Positions 1-9,915 of a DNA stretch of 64,000 nucleotides are shown in pieces. Location: assembly GCA_965541585.1 (NCBI GenBank), contig CBEUCH010000002.1, forward strand, positions 1 to 64,000, in the 5' to 3' direction. Source of the DNA: an uncultured bacterium (GTDB lineage: Bacteria > Zixibacteria > MSB-5A5 > UBA10806). The translations under genes were made by a program, and so were the position numbers. Numbering within the stretch: position 1 is the stretch's first letter; the number at the start of each line of letters is the position of its first letter. The notes under the pieces were generated by a model, which saw only the letters and a program-made list of their open reading frames with translations, was not told the origin of the DNA and did not search any database.

Positions 1-2
1 GC

Positions 3-266
3 GAGAAAGCCTCCTTCCCTCGAAGCCCCAGCGACTGGCCGCGCATTCCCGATCAGCCCGACAGCAAGACCTGGAAACTCGATCTGGCGTTGTTGACAGA
101 CCAGCACAAGCTCCTCCGCCAAGCCATCATCGATTTCCCGCCTTCGAAACTGTATTCACCTCTGCCGAAATCAAAGGTAAAATATATCCACTTGATATAC
201 GGTATCTCCTCCCACGATCTCTACCACGCCGGCCAGATACAGTTGCTCAAAAGAATGCAAAAATAG
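3..266 (+). CDS. DinB family protein, 3' part (truncated by window start)
   Basis: Open frame translated by hand: ...FPRSPSDWP...LIYGISSHDLYHAGQIQLLKRMQK*; HxxYHxGQI is the DinB/YfiT C-terminal motif. Confidence 0.8.
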   Translation, partial: EKASFPRSPSDWPRIPDQPDSKTWKLDLALLTDQHKLLRQAIIDFPPSKLYSPLPKSKVKYIHLIYGISSHDLYHAGQIQLLKRMQK

Positions 267-309
267 TTCGGGGTCGCAATGAATTGCGGACACCCGGCAT
301 AGGACTTAT

Positions 310-335
310 GTCATTCCCGTGAAAAGAGAAATCTA
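310..335. repeat. Degenerate GTCAT-type REP-like palindrome
   Basis: gtcattcccgtgaaaagagaaatcta, between convergent genes; resembles the GTCATTCCCGxGAAAxCGGGAATC pattern. Confidence 0.45.
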
Positions 336-378
336 CTTTTATACGGCAGGAAAGATATTATCCTGAGAGAAAATCTCC

Positions 379-1791
379 TCACCCCTCCGGCAGCAGCTTC
401 CCCGGGTTGAGTATCCCCTTGGGATCGAAGACATTTTTAATCTGGCGCATTAATTCGAGTTCGACATCGCTTAAAGCCAGCGGCAGGTAATCCTTCTGCA
501 CCCAGCCGATACCATGCTCGCCGGAGATGGAGCCGCCCATTATCACCACCTCGCGGAAAAGCTCCTCGATAACGTGAGGCAGCTTGTTTTTCCAGTCATC
601 ATCGGAGATATCTTTCTTGATGATGTTGACATGTATATTGCCGTCACCGGCATGGCCGTAGGAAATGGTCAGGATGCCGTATTTTTTTGAGATGGCGCTT
701 ATTTTTTCGACCAGTTCCGGCAACCGGGCGCGGGGAACTACCGTGTCTTCTTCTTTATATATGGCTATATCCTTGACAGCCTCGCCGATATTGCGCCGCA
801 TCTGCCACATCTTGGCCTGTTTTTCGGGATTTTCGGCTACGAAGACATCGACAGCGTCATGCTCTGCGCAAATCTCGCCTATTTTCTCGGCCTGTTCATC
901 GAGTACATCCTCCCGGTCGCCATCGAGCTCAAACAGTAGCAACGCCTCGGCATCGGAATGCGGAAATTTCTTCTCCAGCTTTTCCTCCGCCGCCTTGATG
1001 GCCGCTTTCTCTATGAACTCCGCCGCCGACGGTATAATCCTGGCCATGAAAATCTGTGTCAACGCCGTCGCCGCCTTGCCCAGGGAATCAAACGGCGCCA
1101 GCAGTGTTCGTTTATAACGGGGCAGAGGCAGAAGCTTCAGTATGATCTCGGTTACGATACAGAGCGTTCCCTCGGAGCCGACGATCAACTGGGTAAGGTT
1201 GTAGCCGGAGACGTTTTTCAAAAGCTTCCCCCCGGTTTTGAATATGCGGCCATCGGGCAGAACGCAGGTCAACCCATATACATAATCCTTGGTGACCCCG
1301 TATTTTAGTGCCCGCGGCCCGCCGGCGCACTCGGCGATATTCCCGCCCATGGTGCACGATTCCTTCGATGCCGGATCCACTGGATAGAACAGCCCCTCCG
1401 CCTCCACGGCCTCGTGCAAATCCTGGGTGATCACACCCGGCTGGACGGTGACCATCAGGTTTTCCTTGTCGATCTCCAGTATCCGTTTCATTCGCTCGAG
1501 GGACAACAAAACGCCACCGTAAACCGGCAATGCTCCCCCCGAAAGGCCGGTACCGCCACCGCGGGCGGTAACCGGGATATTGTTTTCATGACAGACCTTC
1601 ATAATCTCCGAGATCTCCGCGGCGGAGGATGCTTTGATGGCAACGTCAGGGTAGAAGCTGAGATCCTCCGTCTCGTCATGTGAATACGGCTCGAGATCGT
1701 ATTTATCCGAGAGAACGTTTTTGTCGCCTGCAATACGCTTGAAGGCCTCTACGATTTTGGGTGTGATTTTATTGAATCCGGGATCTTTCAA
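379..1791 (-). CDS. glcD: FAD-linked oxidase, GlcD/LctD (glycolate/D-lactate dehydrogenase) family
   Basis: RGGGTGLSGG, PVDPAS, GHAGDGNIH, SGEHGIG, DPKGILNPGK motifs; TTG start. Confidence 0.88.
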   Translation of the reverse strand: MKDPGFNKITPKIVEAFKRIAGDKNVLSDKYDLEPYSHDETEDLSFYPDVAIKASSAAEISEIMKVCHENNIPVTARGGGTGLSGGALPVYGGVLLSLERMKRILEIDKENLMVTVQPGVITQDLHEAVEAEGLFYPVDPASKESCTMGGNIAECAGGPRALKYGVTKDYVYGLTCVLPDGRIFKTGGKLLKNVSGYNLTQLIVGSEGTLCIVTEIILKLLPLPRYKRTLLAPFDSLGKAATALTQIFMARIIPSAAEFIEKAAIKAAEEKLEKKFPHSDAEALLLFELDGDREDVLDEQAEKIGEICAEHDAVDVFVAENPEKQAKMWQMRRNIGEAVKDIAIYKEEDTVVPRARLPELVEKISAISKKYGILTISYGHAGDGNIHVNIIKKDISDDDWKNKLPHVIEELFREVVIMGGSISGEHGIGWVQKDYLPLALSDVELELMRQIKNVFDPKGILNPGKLLPEG

Positions 1792-1963
1792 AGCAAAACC
1801 TTATTCTGCAATTCGCCTTTCCAGGCGATGCCACAACTTATATCCGTTATTTATTACGGTCAAGGTGATTTGTCTTGACAATATAATGCTCCGATCACAA
1901 AATGACCGGCAATTGATCTATCGGAGCAATAGAGAATTGAACACCGTCGGCTATGATTGAATA

Positions 1964-2647
1964 ATGACGAGAATTGCACGCGCCATTTCAATAATTGCGC
2001 TACTTACCTATTCCGTCTCTTTTTCTCAGTCAAATGAAAGCCGGTCAAGGCTTCAGGACATCCTGGCAAAAGCTGATTCAGTCTCAAACCTGAATGATTC
2101 GCTGCTTGCGAAGACAAAATATAGTTATAGATCCTTCACGGTTTTCAACATGGTCGATAGCGATGGGAATATTGAAAAATCCGATACGACTATCGCAATT
2201 GTCACTAAACTGGGCGATGAGGAGCTTTCACGCCAGGTCGTTTATTCGTCGTACGCCGACGAGGGGGGAAGGACGCAAAGGCAGGAAATGAAGATTTCTC
2301 TTACTCCTGACAACCCCGACTATTATTTTTCCTTGACCGATTCCGATGAATCCTCGTATAAGGTTGCAATCGTTCCCAGAGCATCGCCACCTGAAGAAGG
2401 TGATTACGAGGGGACAGTCGAGATAGATGCGCAGAGTTTTTTTGTCAAAAGAATAGATCTTGATGTGCCGAACCCGGAGGGCGCCTTGAAAGAGTATTCT
2501 ATCGATATGAACTTTGAGCCCCTGGAGGGAGGGCTTGTAGTTCCTACCGATATGAGGATGAGAGGGTTCCTGAAGGCGTTGCTCGGTATTGTCAAGGTCA
2601 GGTTCACCGGAGAAACCCGGTTTACCGAATACCAGATCCTGCAGTAG
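1964..2647 (+). CDS. Secreted hypothetical protein (possibly LolA-like fold)
   Basis: N-terminal signal peptide; beta-rich mature region with a GTVEIDAQSFFVKRI segment. Confidence 0.7.
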   Translation: MTRIARAISIIALLTYSVSFSQSNESRSRLQDILAKADSVSNLNDSLLAKTKYSYRSFTVFNMVDSDGNIEKSDTTIAIVTKLGDEELSRQVVYSSYADEGGRTQRQEMKISLTPDNPDYYFSLTDSDESSYKVAIVPRASPPEEGDYEGTVEIDAQSFFVKRIDLDVPNPEGALKEYSIDMNFEPLEGGLVVPTDMRMRGFLKALLGIVKVRFTGETRFTEYQILQ

Positions 2648-2687
2648 ATTCGCAACGGACAAGGATCTTATCAAATGACAACGGTAA

Positions 2688-2713
2688 AAGGGCAGGCGAC
2701 CAAGCCTGCCCTT
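2688..2713. terminator. Hairpin between convergent genes (probable terminator)
   Basis: aagggcaggc-gaccaa-gcctgccctt, 10-bp stem. Confidence 0.7.
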
Positions 2714-2774
2714 CTGTATTTCCCTCTTAAATAAAAAAGCAAATCCGCCGGTGATTCTCAGATGTTGCCGGAGC

Positions 2775-3560
2775 CTAACCCAAGCCGATTGTTTTCCCCT
2801 GTAAAAAGCTTTTCATATGTGAGCGCAAGACCCCGGGGTCGGTCGATGCCAGCCGTCGTGCGGTATGCTCGGTCCAGCTATATTCATCATCGGGAAGGTC
2901 CCTGCCGCCCGACGATGGTGCCTTTCGGCGGGTGCCATCATATAAGCCGGTGGCCTTGATTTCTGTATCGTATTCAGCCAACAGTTTTTCGAGATGGCGG
3001 TCATCGTATTCCTCGCAATGGACAACCAGTTCTCGAGGGAGACGTGGTTTGATCATCGGCTCGTGATCGGGCCAGCCGAGGCAGATCCCCATCAGTGGAA
3101 AAACCTTATCCGGGAGTTTCAGCAGTTCGCAGACCTGATCGGGATTGTTGCGAATACCGCCGATCATGCAGACTCCCAGGCCGGACGACTCCGAGGCCAC
3201 CAGGATATTCTGCGCCACCAGCGCGGCATCCATCACCGCCACGATGAACGTCTCAATATGTTTATCGTTTAAATCATAATTCCTGACACGGCAGACCTGT
3301 TCCAAACGATGAAGATCGGGGCAGATGACCAAGAAAACGGGGCAGGATTCCACCCATGGTTGGCCGCCGCAGAGATGGGCCAGTTTTTCCTTCTTCTGTT
3401 TATCTCTAACCACAATTATAGAATAGGCTTGAATGTTGGACGATGTAGGCGCCTGCCGTGCGGAATCGATAATGTTGTCCAATAGATCATCCGGTATGGG
3501 GTCCGGTTTGTATTTTCGTATGGAGCGGTGGGACCTGAGGATTTGGAAGATGTCATTCAT
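2775..3560 (-). CDS. nfsA: NADPH-dependent nitroreductase/flavin reductase, NfsA/NfrA family
   Basis: HRSIRKY, APTSSNIQAYSII, GLGVCMIGGIRN, KPRLP motifs. Confidence 0.88.
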   Translation of the reverse strand: MNDIFQILRSHRSIRKYKPDPIPDDLLDNIIDSARQAPTSSNIQAYSIIVVRDKQKKEKLAHLCGGQPWVESCPVFLVICPDLHRLEQVCRVRNYDLNDKHIETFIVAVMDAALVAQNILVASESSGLGVCMIGGIRNNPDQVCELLKLPDKVFPLMGICLGWPDHEPMIKPRLPRELVVHCEEYDDRHLEKLLAEYDTEIKATGLYDGTRRKAPSSGGRDLPDDEYSWTEHTARRLASTDPGVLRSHMKSFLQGKTIGLG

Positions 3561-3580
3561 AGCAATTCCAGAATTTCCCG

Positions 3581-3608
3581 GTAAGGGTTCAATATATTGA
3601 ACCCTTAC
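3581..3608. repeat. Perfect 28-bp palindrome, REP-like (GTAA/GTAG end)
   Basis: GTAAGGGTTCAATA|TATTGAACCCTTAC. Confidence 0.8.
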
Positions 3609-3610
3609 AA

Positions 3611-5125
3611 CTACTTAAATTCGGTATGCCTGTATTTTTTTGTTTTAAACCTGAAATTATTATACCCGCAATTGTCGGTTTCACTATATATTACTAAAGC
3701 CCAAATCGTGTATGGGCCATCAACTTCGCTTTTTCTGATATCGGCCCCGCTAAAAGACAACTGAACGTTCGATAAGCCAGATTGAACAAAACCCTCGTTG
3801 GTGGCAAGGCCGATAGGTTTAAAATGCTCGTCATTTCGTATTTGTCCCTGCCATTTGTAATAACCCTCCTTTAACAAATCCACTTCGATTTCTAACATAA
3901 GAGAATTATATATACCATCTCCATCGATATCCCGTTCGCTTATTATGTGGTTTCCGGTTAGAACAATAACACCGTGTTGAAAATTCCTATAGCTATACTC
4001 TTTCGTCGTGTAAACATTTTCCGCGAAATCCAACAAAAAGCCAAATTCTGAAGTATCGGCGAGAACCAGGCTTTCCAGGATATACGGCCCATCAACTCCA
4101 TGCTCATAAATTTCAGCGCCATCGAAAGAAAATCCCACGATTTGATATCCGGCGTTTAACAAGGTATTGATACGAGCATTAAAGATCTTCTTATTGTTTC
4201 GGTCATGCAGCCGAGCTTGCAGTTCGTAATAATCTTTTTGCGCAATATCAAAACCGACGCTTAAAATCAGCTCTTCGTACAAACCATCGTCGTTTGTATC
4301 GATCGCCTTTTCGGTTACCGAACCCTCGATAGTTGATTTGTTGGCGGCAGCCATAAACGCGGTTAGATCAATTATCTCGAAAGCCTCATCTCCCTTTTTT
4401 CTGGCCTCTATTCGAACAGTGTAATATCCTTCCGGGGAGGGGATCTGGAATTCGGCGGCATAACGTCCGTCATTGGCCAGAGAATCACTATGCTTGCCAT
4501 CGTCATAAAGCTTCAGGCTATCGATTACCTGCATCTGCTCGATTATTATTGCCATGACCGTAGCGTCGAGTACAGGCCTTGTGTTTCGATGAATGATAGT
4601 CGTAATAGTGATCGGCTCTCCGGCTTTAGGATATTCTTTGTCAGTTAGGGTTTGAATATTAAGCTCAGGCTCTTCGTAATATAGTCCCACGGAGTAGGCG
4701 ATTTCTCCGGCATCGGGATCGTCAGACGATATTTCCAATGTCCAGATACCGGTAGGATAATTCCCCATGAGGGCCAGACAGCTTATTGAATAATCCTCCG
4801 GGACTTTCTGGACCATGAAATCGATATCAAAATTGTCCGGATTGGAGGTTGTATCGATAACATTCCCCCGCGGATCGATAATTTTTATGAGTATATTCCC
4901 CTTATCCCAGTGACAGCATAAATTAACTTTGGCGGCTCTGTCGATCGGGATTTCATGAGAATTTGATTTTCCGGCTACCGCCACGCCGGCGATCCCCTCC
5001 GACGTGATATGTCCATCTACGTTTATCATCACAGGATGCTGAGCCATGGCGACAATTGCGCCAAAAGCGATCGCTAACAGAAAAATCACCGACGTTATCA
5101 TCCGATAGCAAAATTTAGTTCTCAT
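3611..5125 (-). CDS. Secreted protein with choice-of-anchor-X-like segment and duplicated C-terminal beta domain
   Basis: Signal peptide; LYDDGKHSDSLANDGRY; two copies of DxxxDGxYxxLxLxxxxD...GxxIxxxxVDGPYxxxxLV. Confidence 0.7.
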   Translation of the reverse strand: MRTKFCYRMITSVIFLLAIAFGAIVAMAQHPVMINVDGHITSEGIAGVAVAGKSNSHEIPIDRAAKVNLCCHWDKGNILIKIIDPRGNVIDTTSNPDNFDIDFMVQKVPEDYSISCLALMGNYPTGIWTLEISSDDPDAGEIAYSVGLYYEEPELNIQTLTDKEYPKAGEPITITTIIHRNTRPVLDATVMAIIIEQMQVIDSLKLYDDGKHSDSLANDGRYAAEFQIPSPEGYYTVRIEARKKGDEAFEIIDLTAFMAAANKSTIEGSVTEKAIDTNDDGLYEELILSVGFDIAQKDYYELQARLHDRNNKKIFNARINTLLNAGYQIVGFSFDGAEIYEHGVDGPYILESLVLADTSEFGFLLDFAENVYTTKEYSYRNFQHGVIVLTGNHIISERDIDGDGIYNSLMLEIEVDLLKEGYYKWQGQIRNDEHFKPIGLATNEGFVQSGLSNVQLSFSGADIRKSEVDGPYTIWALVIYSETDNCGYNNFRFKTKKYRHTEFK

Positions 5126-5285
5126 TCTTCTTCTGCCCTCACTTTGTGAAAAATAAAGCAGTAGCTTATATTTTGCCAGGATTCAATATCAAACCCCATA
5201 CAAACATTATTATATTCCATCTTTACATTCTTGGCAACCCGTTTTATAAACGTCTTAAATGATAAACAATCGAAAGGGAAAAACC

Positions 5286-7439
5286 ATGCTTAAGAAAATT
5301 ACCATAATATTCTTGATCGCGACGGTCGGCGCCTCGGCCCAGGAATCGGATATAGACCGCCTCAGCGCCGCCCTCGATTCTGTGGGATTCACGAGGGCAG
5401 ACTTAGGGTACCAGCCGAAAGGATACTGGAACCGCTTCCCACAGCCGGATGGCATCCCCTATACCCTTCCGTTTTTCACAGACCTGTTCGCCGAACCGCT
5501 GCACGTGATCGAATATACCCAGGTCATGGGAAACACTATCAGGCAGTACCTCGAACCGGCATTTTACGACACCACGGATATTTCGCTTCATCGTATTTCA
5601 TATATGCTGGGGGTCGATCGGATGATGACCGGCTTCCGCAATTACTCGGTCAACCTCGATGCGCGGATCGACTCCACGCAGCCCATGATGGACGGGTTCG
5701 AGCAGATCTATCTGGCCGAGGGAAAACAGCTCAATTATATGACGTTCGGGAATATATCCGATTGGCCCGACTATAAGGCCGAACTGCAGGCTAAAATCGA
5801 TAAAATCCCTAATGAACTGCAGATAATTATCGCCGAGCTGATGCTCAATCTTTACGATGCCTATAAATGGCGAAGAACCGCCATCAGAAATGTGAAAACC
5901 GATGATGCTTTGGTTTTGTTTTCGATTAAAGATCTGGCCGAGTCTATGGGCGACGGCCAGAAATATTATCCCCAGATTGATGATATAGCCGCCTCATTGG
6001 ACGCTCATTCTCTTTACTACGGATGCATGAAAGCGGCCCAGGCAGCGGAGACGGCATCGAAAAAGTTAAAAGAATATCTATCCACAAAACACAAGGGATT
6101 GGATAAAATCGATTTCGATTATCTTTCGCCGGTGGGCAGAATAATAATATCGGGGACCGGCAACGATGAACACAAGCAGAGAGATTGCGCCATTCTGGTG
6201 GATCTGGGCGGAAATGATAAATACACGGGAAATGCCGGAGGAACGCCGTCGTATGATATGCCGATCGCAGTGGCTATCGACTGCGCCGGAGATGATAAAT
6301 ATATCAATGAAGACCCGAACCTGCCATCGCAGGGATCGGGCGTGCTTGGCGCCGGTATCCTGATAGATAACGAGGGCAAAGATGAGTATTCCGCGGTTAA
6401 GATGGCCCAGGGATGTGGATTTTTCGGCCTGGGTATCCTTCTCGATGTGGCAGGCGAAGACGATTACAAACTTGAGACATCCGGACAGGGATGCGGTTAT
6501 TTCGGAATAGGCATGAATCTCGATATATCGGGCAACGACACCCGTTACCTCTTCGGCGACGGCCAGGGGATGGGGGGCGTCGGTGGTGTCGGCGTCTGCG
6601 CCGATTACGAGGGTGATGACAAATACACCGCCGAACCGTACGAAGAAGTAGCGCATCGCGGCGATTACCATTCTGAAAACAAAATCAATGTCAATGCGGC
6701 ACAGGGCGCCGGTATGGGACGTAGGGGAGATGGCTCCGACGGTCACTCCTGGGCGGGAGGACTCGGCGTTCTCATAGACATAAAAGGCAAAGACCATTAC
6801 TACTCCGGCAACTGGTCATTGGGCTGCGGTTACTGGTTCGGAACCGGCCTCGTTTACGAGGGCGAAGGCGATGATTTATATGAATCGGTATATTTCACCC
6901 AGGCTTCGGGAGCACATTATTGCATCGGCGCTATAATAGACGAGGGCGGCGATGACACCCATAAGCTCTGGGACACTGCCGGCGCAGGTATAGCGTTCGG
7001 GTGGGATTATACAATCGCCCTTTTACTCGATAAGGGCGGCAACGATCGTTACGAGGCCAAGATCATATCATTGGGATGTGCACAGATCCGCTCCGATGCT
7101 TTCCTGATCGATATCGGCGGCGATGATTATTACCAGCTTCAAGCCGGCCAGCAGGGATTCGGCGCCGCCACCTATCGACAGGATTACGATAACCCAAGTA
7201 AGCTATCGCCATATAACGCCTACGCCAAATCGTTCGGCCTGCTTCTGGATATAGGCGGTACCGACACCTACATGGATTGGGATAATGAAAACGACAAACT
7301 TTCCGCCAATCCGATATGCAGTGATAACAAGACCTGGTTTATACCATCGAAAGACGACGAACACTACGGCGCCAACAATTTCGGCGTCGGCATGGACGTT
7401 GAGGACGGAACGGTGCCCGAGGCGGAGTTTTACAGATAG
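5286..7439 (+). CDS. Secreted protein with about 12 DxxGxDxY repeats
   Basis: Start moved to ATG 5286 (AAGGGA upstream, signal peptide MLKKITIIFLIATVGASA); repeats such as ILVDLGGNDKY, LLLDKGGNDRY. Confidence 0.8.
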   Translation: MLKKITIIFLIATVGASAQESDIDRLSAALDSVGFTRADLGYQPKGYWNRFPQPDGIPYTLPFFTDLFAEPLHVIEYTQVMGNTIRQYLEPAFYDTTDISLHRISYMLGVDRMMTGFRNYSVNLDARIDSTQPMMDGFEQIYLAEGKQLNYMTFGNISDWPDYKAELQAKIDKIPNELQIIIAELMLNLYDAYKWRRTAIRNVKTDDALVLFSIKDLAESMGDGQKYYPQIDDIAASLDAHSLYYGCMKAAQAAETASKKLKEYLSTKHKGLDKIDFDYLSPVGRIIISGTGNDEHKQRDCAILVDLGGNDKYTGNAGGTPSYDMPIAVAIDCAGDDKYINEDPNLPSQGSGVLGAGILIDNEGKDEYSAVKMAQGCGFFGLGILLDVAGEDDYKLETSGQGCGYFGIGMNLDISGNDTRYLFGDGQGMGGVGGVGVCADYEGDDKYTAEPYEEVAHRGDYHSENKINVNAAQGAGMGRRGDGSDGHSWAGGLGVLIDIKGKDHYYSGNWSLGCGYWFGTGLVYEGEGDDLYESVYFTQASGAHYCIGAIIDEGGDDTHKLWDTAGAGIAFGWDYTIALLLDKGGNDRYEAKIISLGCAQIRSDAFLIDIGGDDYYQLQAGQQGFGAATYRQDYDNPSKLSPYNAYAKSFGLLLDIGGTDTYMDWDNENDKLSANPICSDNKTWFIPSKDDEHYGANNFGVGMDVEDGTVPEAEFYR

Positions 7440-7473
7440 GACGAGTTCCGAAGAAACAGAATTAACAGATAGC

Positions 7474-9687
7474 TTATTTCAGTAGCACTATCTTGATGCT
7501 TTCGGATCGATGCCCCGCCTCCAGCCGCGTGAAATAGATGCCGGAGGGGTAATGGTCAGCCTGCCAGGTGACGGTGTGATACCCGGCCTGTTTGTGGCCG
7601 TCGAAAAGCGTGGTGATCTTCTGCCCGAGGATATTGTAGATCTCGATCCGAACGTTCGATTGCGCGGGCAAGCTATAGCGGATGGTGGTGGAGGGGTTGA
7701 AGGGGTTGGGGTAGTTCTGAAGTAGAGCGAATCTTTCGGGGAGATCAACAACTCCAACTTCCTCAATACCGGTTTCTGTAAATTTCAATATTTGAAGTCT
7801 CTGGTATGCGGGATCATAAATATATTCTCCTCTGATAGTGGCTTCTTGGCAACTCCACCCGTAGCGGTTCGGATATGATGAAATCAGAATCGGATCTTCC
7901 GGATTCGAAATATCCATTAAATAAATGCCATTAATACCTTTCAACAGCGCCGAATCGTCGGTTAACGTAATGTCAAACGCGCTAAGAGAGTCATATTCAG
8001 TAACAAAATAGGGATTGGTCGGATCTGAGACATTTATTATTTCTATGGCATTAGACAAGCTTGCCATATAGACAAATGGCGGTTCCACCGCTATTTGGCG
8101 AACGTTGTTTCTATAAACATAACTGCTCACAAACGTTATGGAATTAAGGTTCGATATGTTGTAAATATTAAGGTCTTCGCGGCAAGAGATATAAGCGTAA
8201 TCATCATCTACGACCACATACAGCGGAAAATATAGATTCTCGATCGAGTACGCGGGAGCAGGCGCAGTGGGATCGCTGATATCCAATATCGATATGAACG
8301 AAGAATGAGGATCGTTGTGTGGGACTTTGGTGACATACGCGTAATCGCCATCGACAAAAACGTTACCGACACGGCCGAGCACATCCGAATAATAACCTAA
8401 TAGTACAGGCTGGTCTTGAGTGGTAATATCAAATATGCCAAAATAACTTATTCCAGCCAATATATATGCCCTGTTTCCTCGAATAAGGATATCTATAACG
8501 CCGTCAGGTTCGAAACTATCCAAAACTACGGGTTCCTCGGGCGCGCTGATATCGACAACTGTCAACCCGGAACTCGCATTGGCGACATAAGCATAATCTC
8601 CGCTTAGTTGAACATCGTAAGTTATACCAGGAGTCCAATGCTCCCCCAAAACAACAGGATCATACAGGTCGGTAAAATCAACAATAGTGAATTGGGACAC
8701 ATAATCGCTATAAGATCCTTTTATTGCGGTAAAACAGGTGTCGCCGGCATAATAAAAGTCTCCATAACCATTCTGCAGATATACGGTACCCATCTGTTCC
8801 GGATAAACCGGATCGCTCAAATCTAAGGCTAAAATCCTATAACTTGATTCTCGCGCATATGCTATATTCTCTTCAATTGTCATTATATTGTCAAATACGC
8901 CGGAATTGTCTGATCTTACTAGGTACGGACTATAGGGATCTGAAAAATCGTAGATATTAACGCCCGAATATTGATTTAGATACGCATAATTTTCGCACGT
9001 GGCTATTTGCCCTATAAGATCGGTGCCGAAATTCATTGTTGAAATATGATCTGGACGGGCCGGATCGCTTAAAGAGTATATAGACCAGTTATTCTCCCAG
9101 AAATCGAACTCGGTTGTAGTAACGTGAAGATAACCGTCCGCGGCCCACATATCGGATGTCAGATATTGCAAATATATGGTGTCTGATAGAACGGGATCAG
9201 ACGGAATGGAAGCATCGATAATTTCGATTCTACTGCAGGCCCTCCCCAGCGAATCGAACGTATCATAGGATGAATAGACAGTATTATTATAATATCTGTT
9301 AAATCGGTAGCCAAAATCATGAAAGATGGAGCCAACAATAATCGGATTTAGGGGATCTGACGTATCCAGCACACGAAATCCCGGCCTATCATTATACCCA
9401 CTTCCTAATAAATAAGCGTAATTTCCATCAACGAACATTTGATGGATATCCGTGAAATCACAGATTTGGATAAGATCCGGAGTAGAGGGATTAGAAATAT
9501 CGAATATGTGCAATCCATAGATACCTCCGCAGTAAACATATTCTCCCACTTTACCGACAGAACGGTAGGGATTATGATGCAATGTCGAGCTTACGAATTC
9601 AATTCCCTGCCCCGAGACATGAGTATTGGCAGCAAGACAAATAAGTAAAGCCGTGTTGATTATATGACGTATTATAATGCTTTTCAT
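7474..9687 (-). CDS. LVIVD-repeat beta-propeller protein with T9SS/FlgD-like C-terminal sorting domain
   Basis: Many YAYV...IxDISxPxxP repeats; C-terminal LLQNYPNPFNPSTTIRY...SGIYFTRL; start moved to ATG 9687 after GAGGAGG. Confidence 0.88.
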   Translation of the reverse strand: MKSIIIRHIINTALLICLAANTHVSGQGIEFVSSTLHHNPYRSVGKVGEYVYCGGIYGLHIFDISNPSTPDLIQICDFTDIHQMFVDGNYAYLLGSGYNDRPGFRVLDTSDPLNPIIVGSIFHDFGYRFNRYYNNTVYSSYDTFDSLGRACSRIEIIDASIPSDPVLSDTIYLQYLTSDMWAADGYLHVTTTEFDFWENNWSIYSLSDPARPDHISTMNFGTDLIGQIATCENYAYLNQYSGVNIYDFSDPYSPYLVRSDNSGVFDNIMTIEENIAYARESSYRILALDLSDPVYPEQMGTVYLQNGYGDFYYAGDTCFTAIKGSYSDYVSQFTIVDFTDLYDPVVLGEHWTPGITYDVQLSGDYAYVANASSGLTVVDISAPEEPVVLDSFEPDGVIDILIRGNRAYILAGISYFGIFDITTQDQPVLLGYYSDVLGRVGNVFVDGDYAYVTKVPHNDPHSSFISILDISDPTAPAPAYSIENLYFPLYVVVDDDYAYISCREDLNIYNISNLNSITFVSSYVYRNNVRQIAVEPPFVYMASLSNAIEIINVSDPTNPYFVTEYDSLSAFDITLTDDSALLKGINGIYLMDISNPEDPILISSYPNRYGWSCQEATIRGEYIYDPAYQRLQILKFTETGIEEVGVVDLPERFALLQNYPNPFNPSTTIRYSLPAQSNVRIEIYNILGQKITTLFDGHKQAGYHTVTWQADHYPSGIYFTRLEAGHRSESIKIVLLK

Positions 9688-9769
9688 ATCAGCCTCCTCG
9701 GCCAATCTCCTGTTAAAGCTCCTGTGTTTACAAACATAGCCGTTTGTCCACGTTTGTCAAGGGGAAAAT

Positions 9770-9813
9770 GAGATTGCTTCTTCGTCCCGCTTGTGTGGGA
9801 CTCCTCGCAATAA
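9770..9813. repeat. GAGATTGCTTC...CTCGCAAT REP-like element with inner hairpin
   Basis: gagattgcttcttc-gtcccgc-ttgt-gtgggac-tcctcgcaataa. Confidence 0.6.
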
Positions 9814-9915
9814 GCCGGTGTATTTAATTCCCCTTGCTTTCCGATCCTGGTTTGCATAGCTTTTCACAAGTCAAAATTGGGTAGCGTGGTTTTTCTCTGG
9901 ATGAGGTGAGCGATT

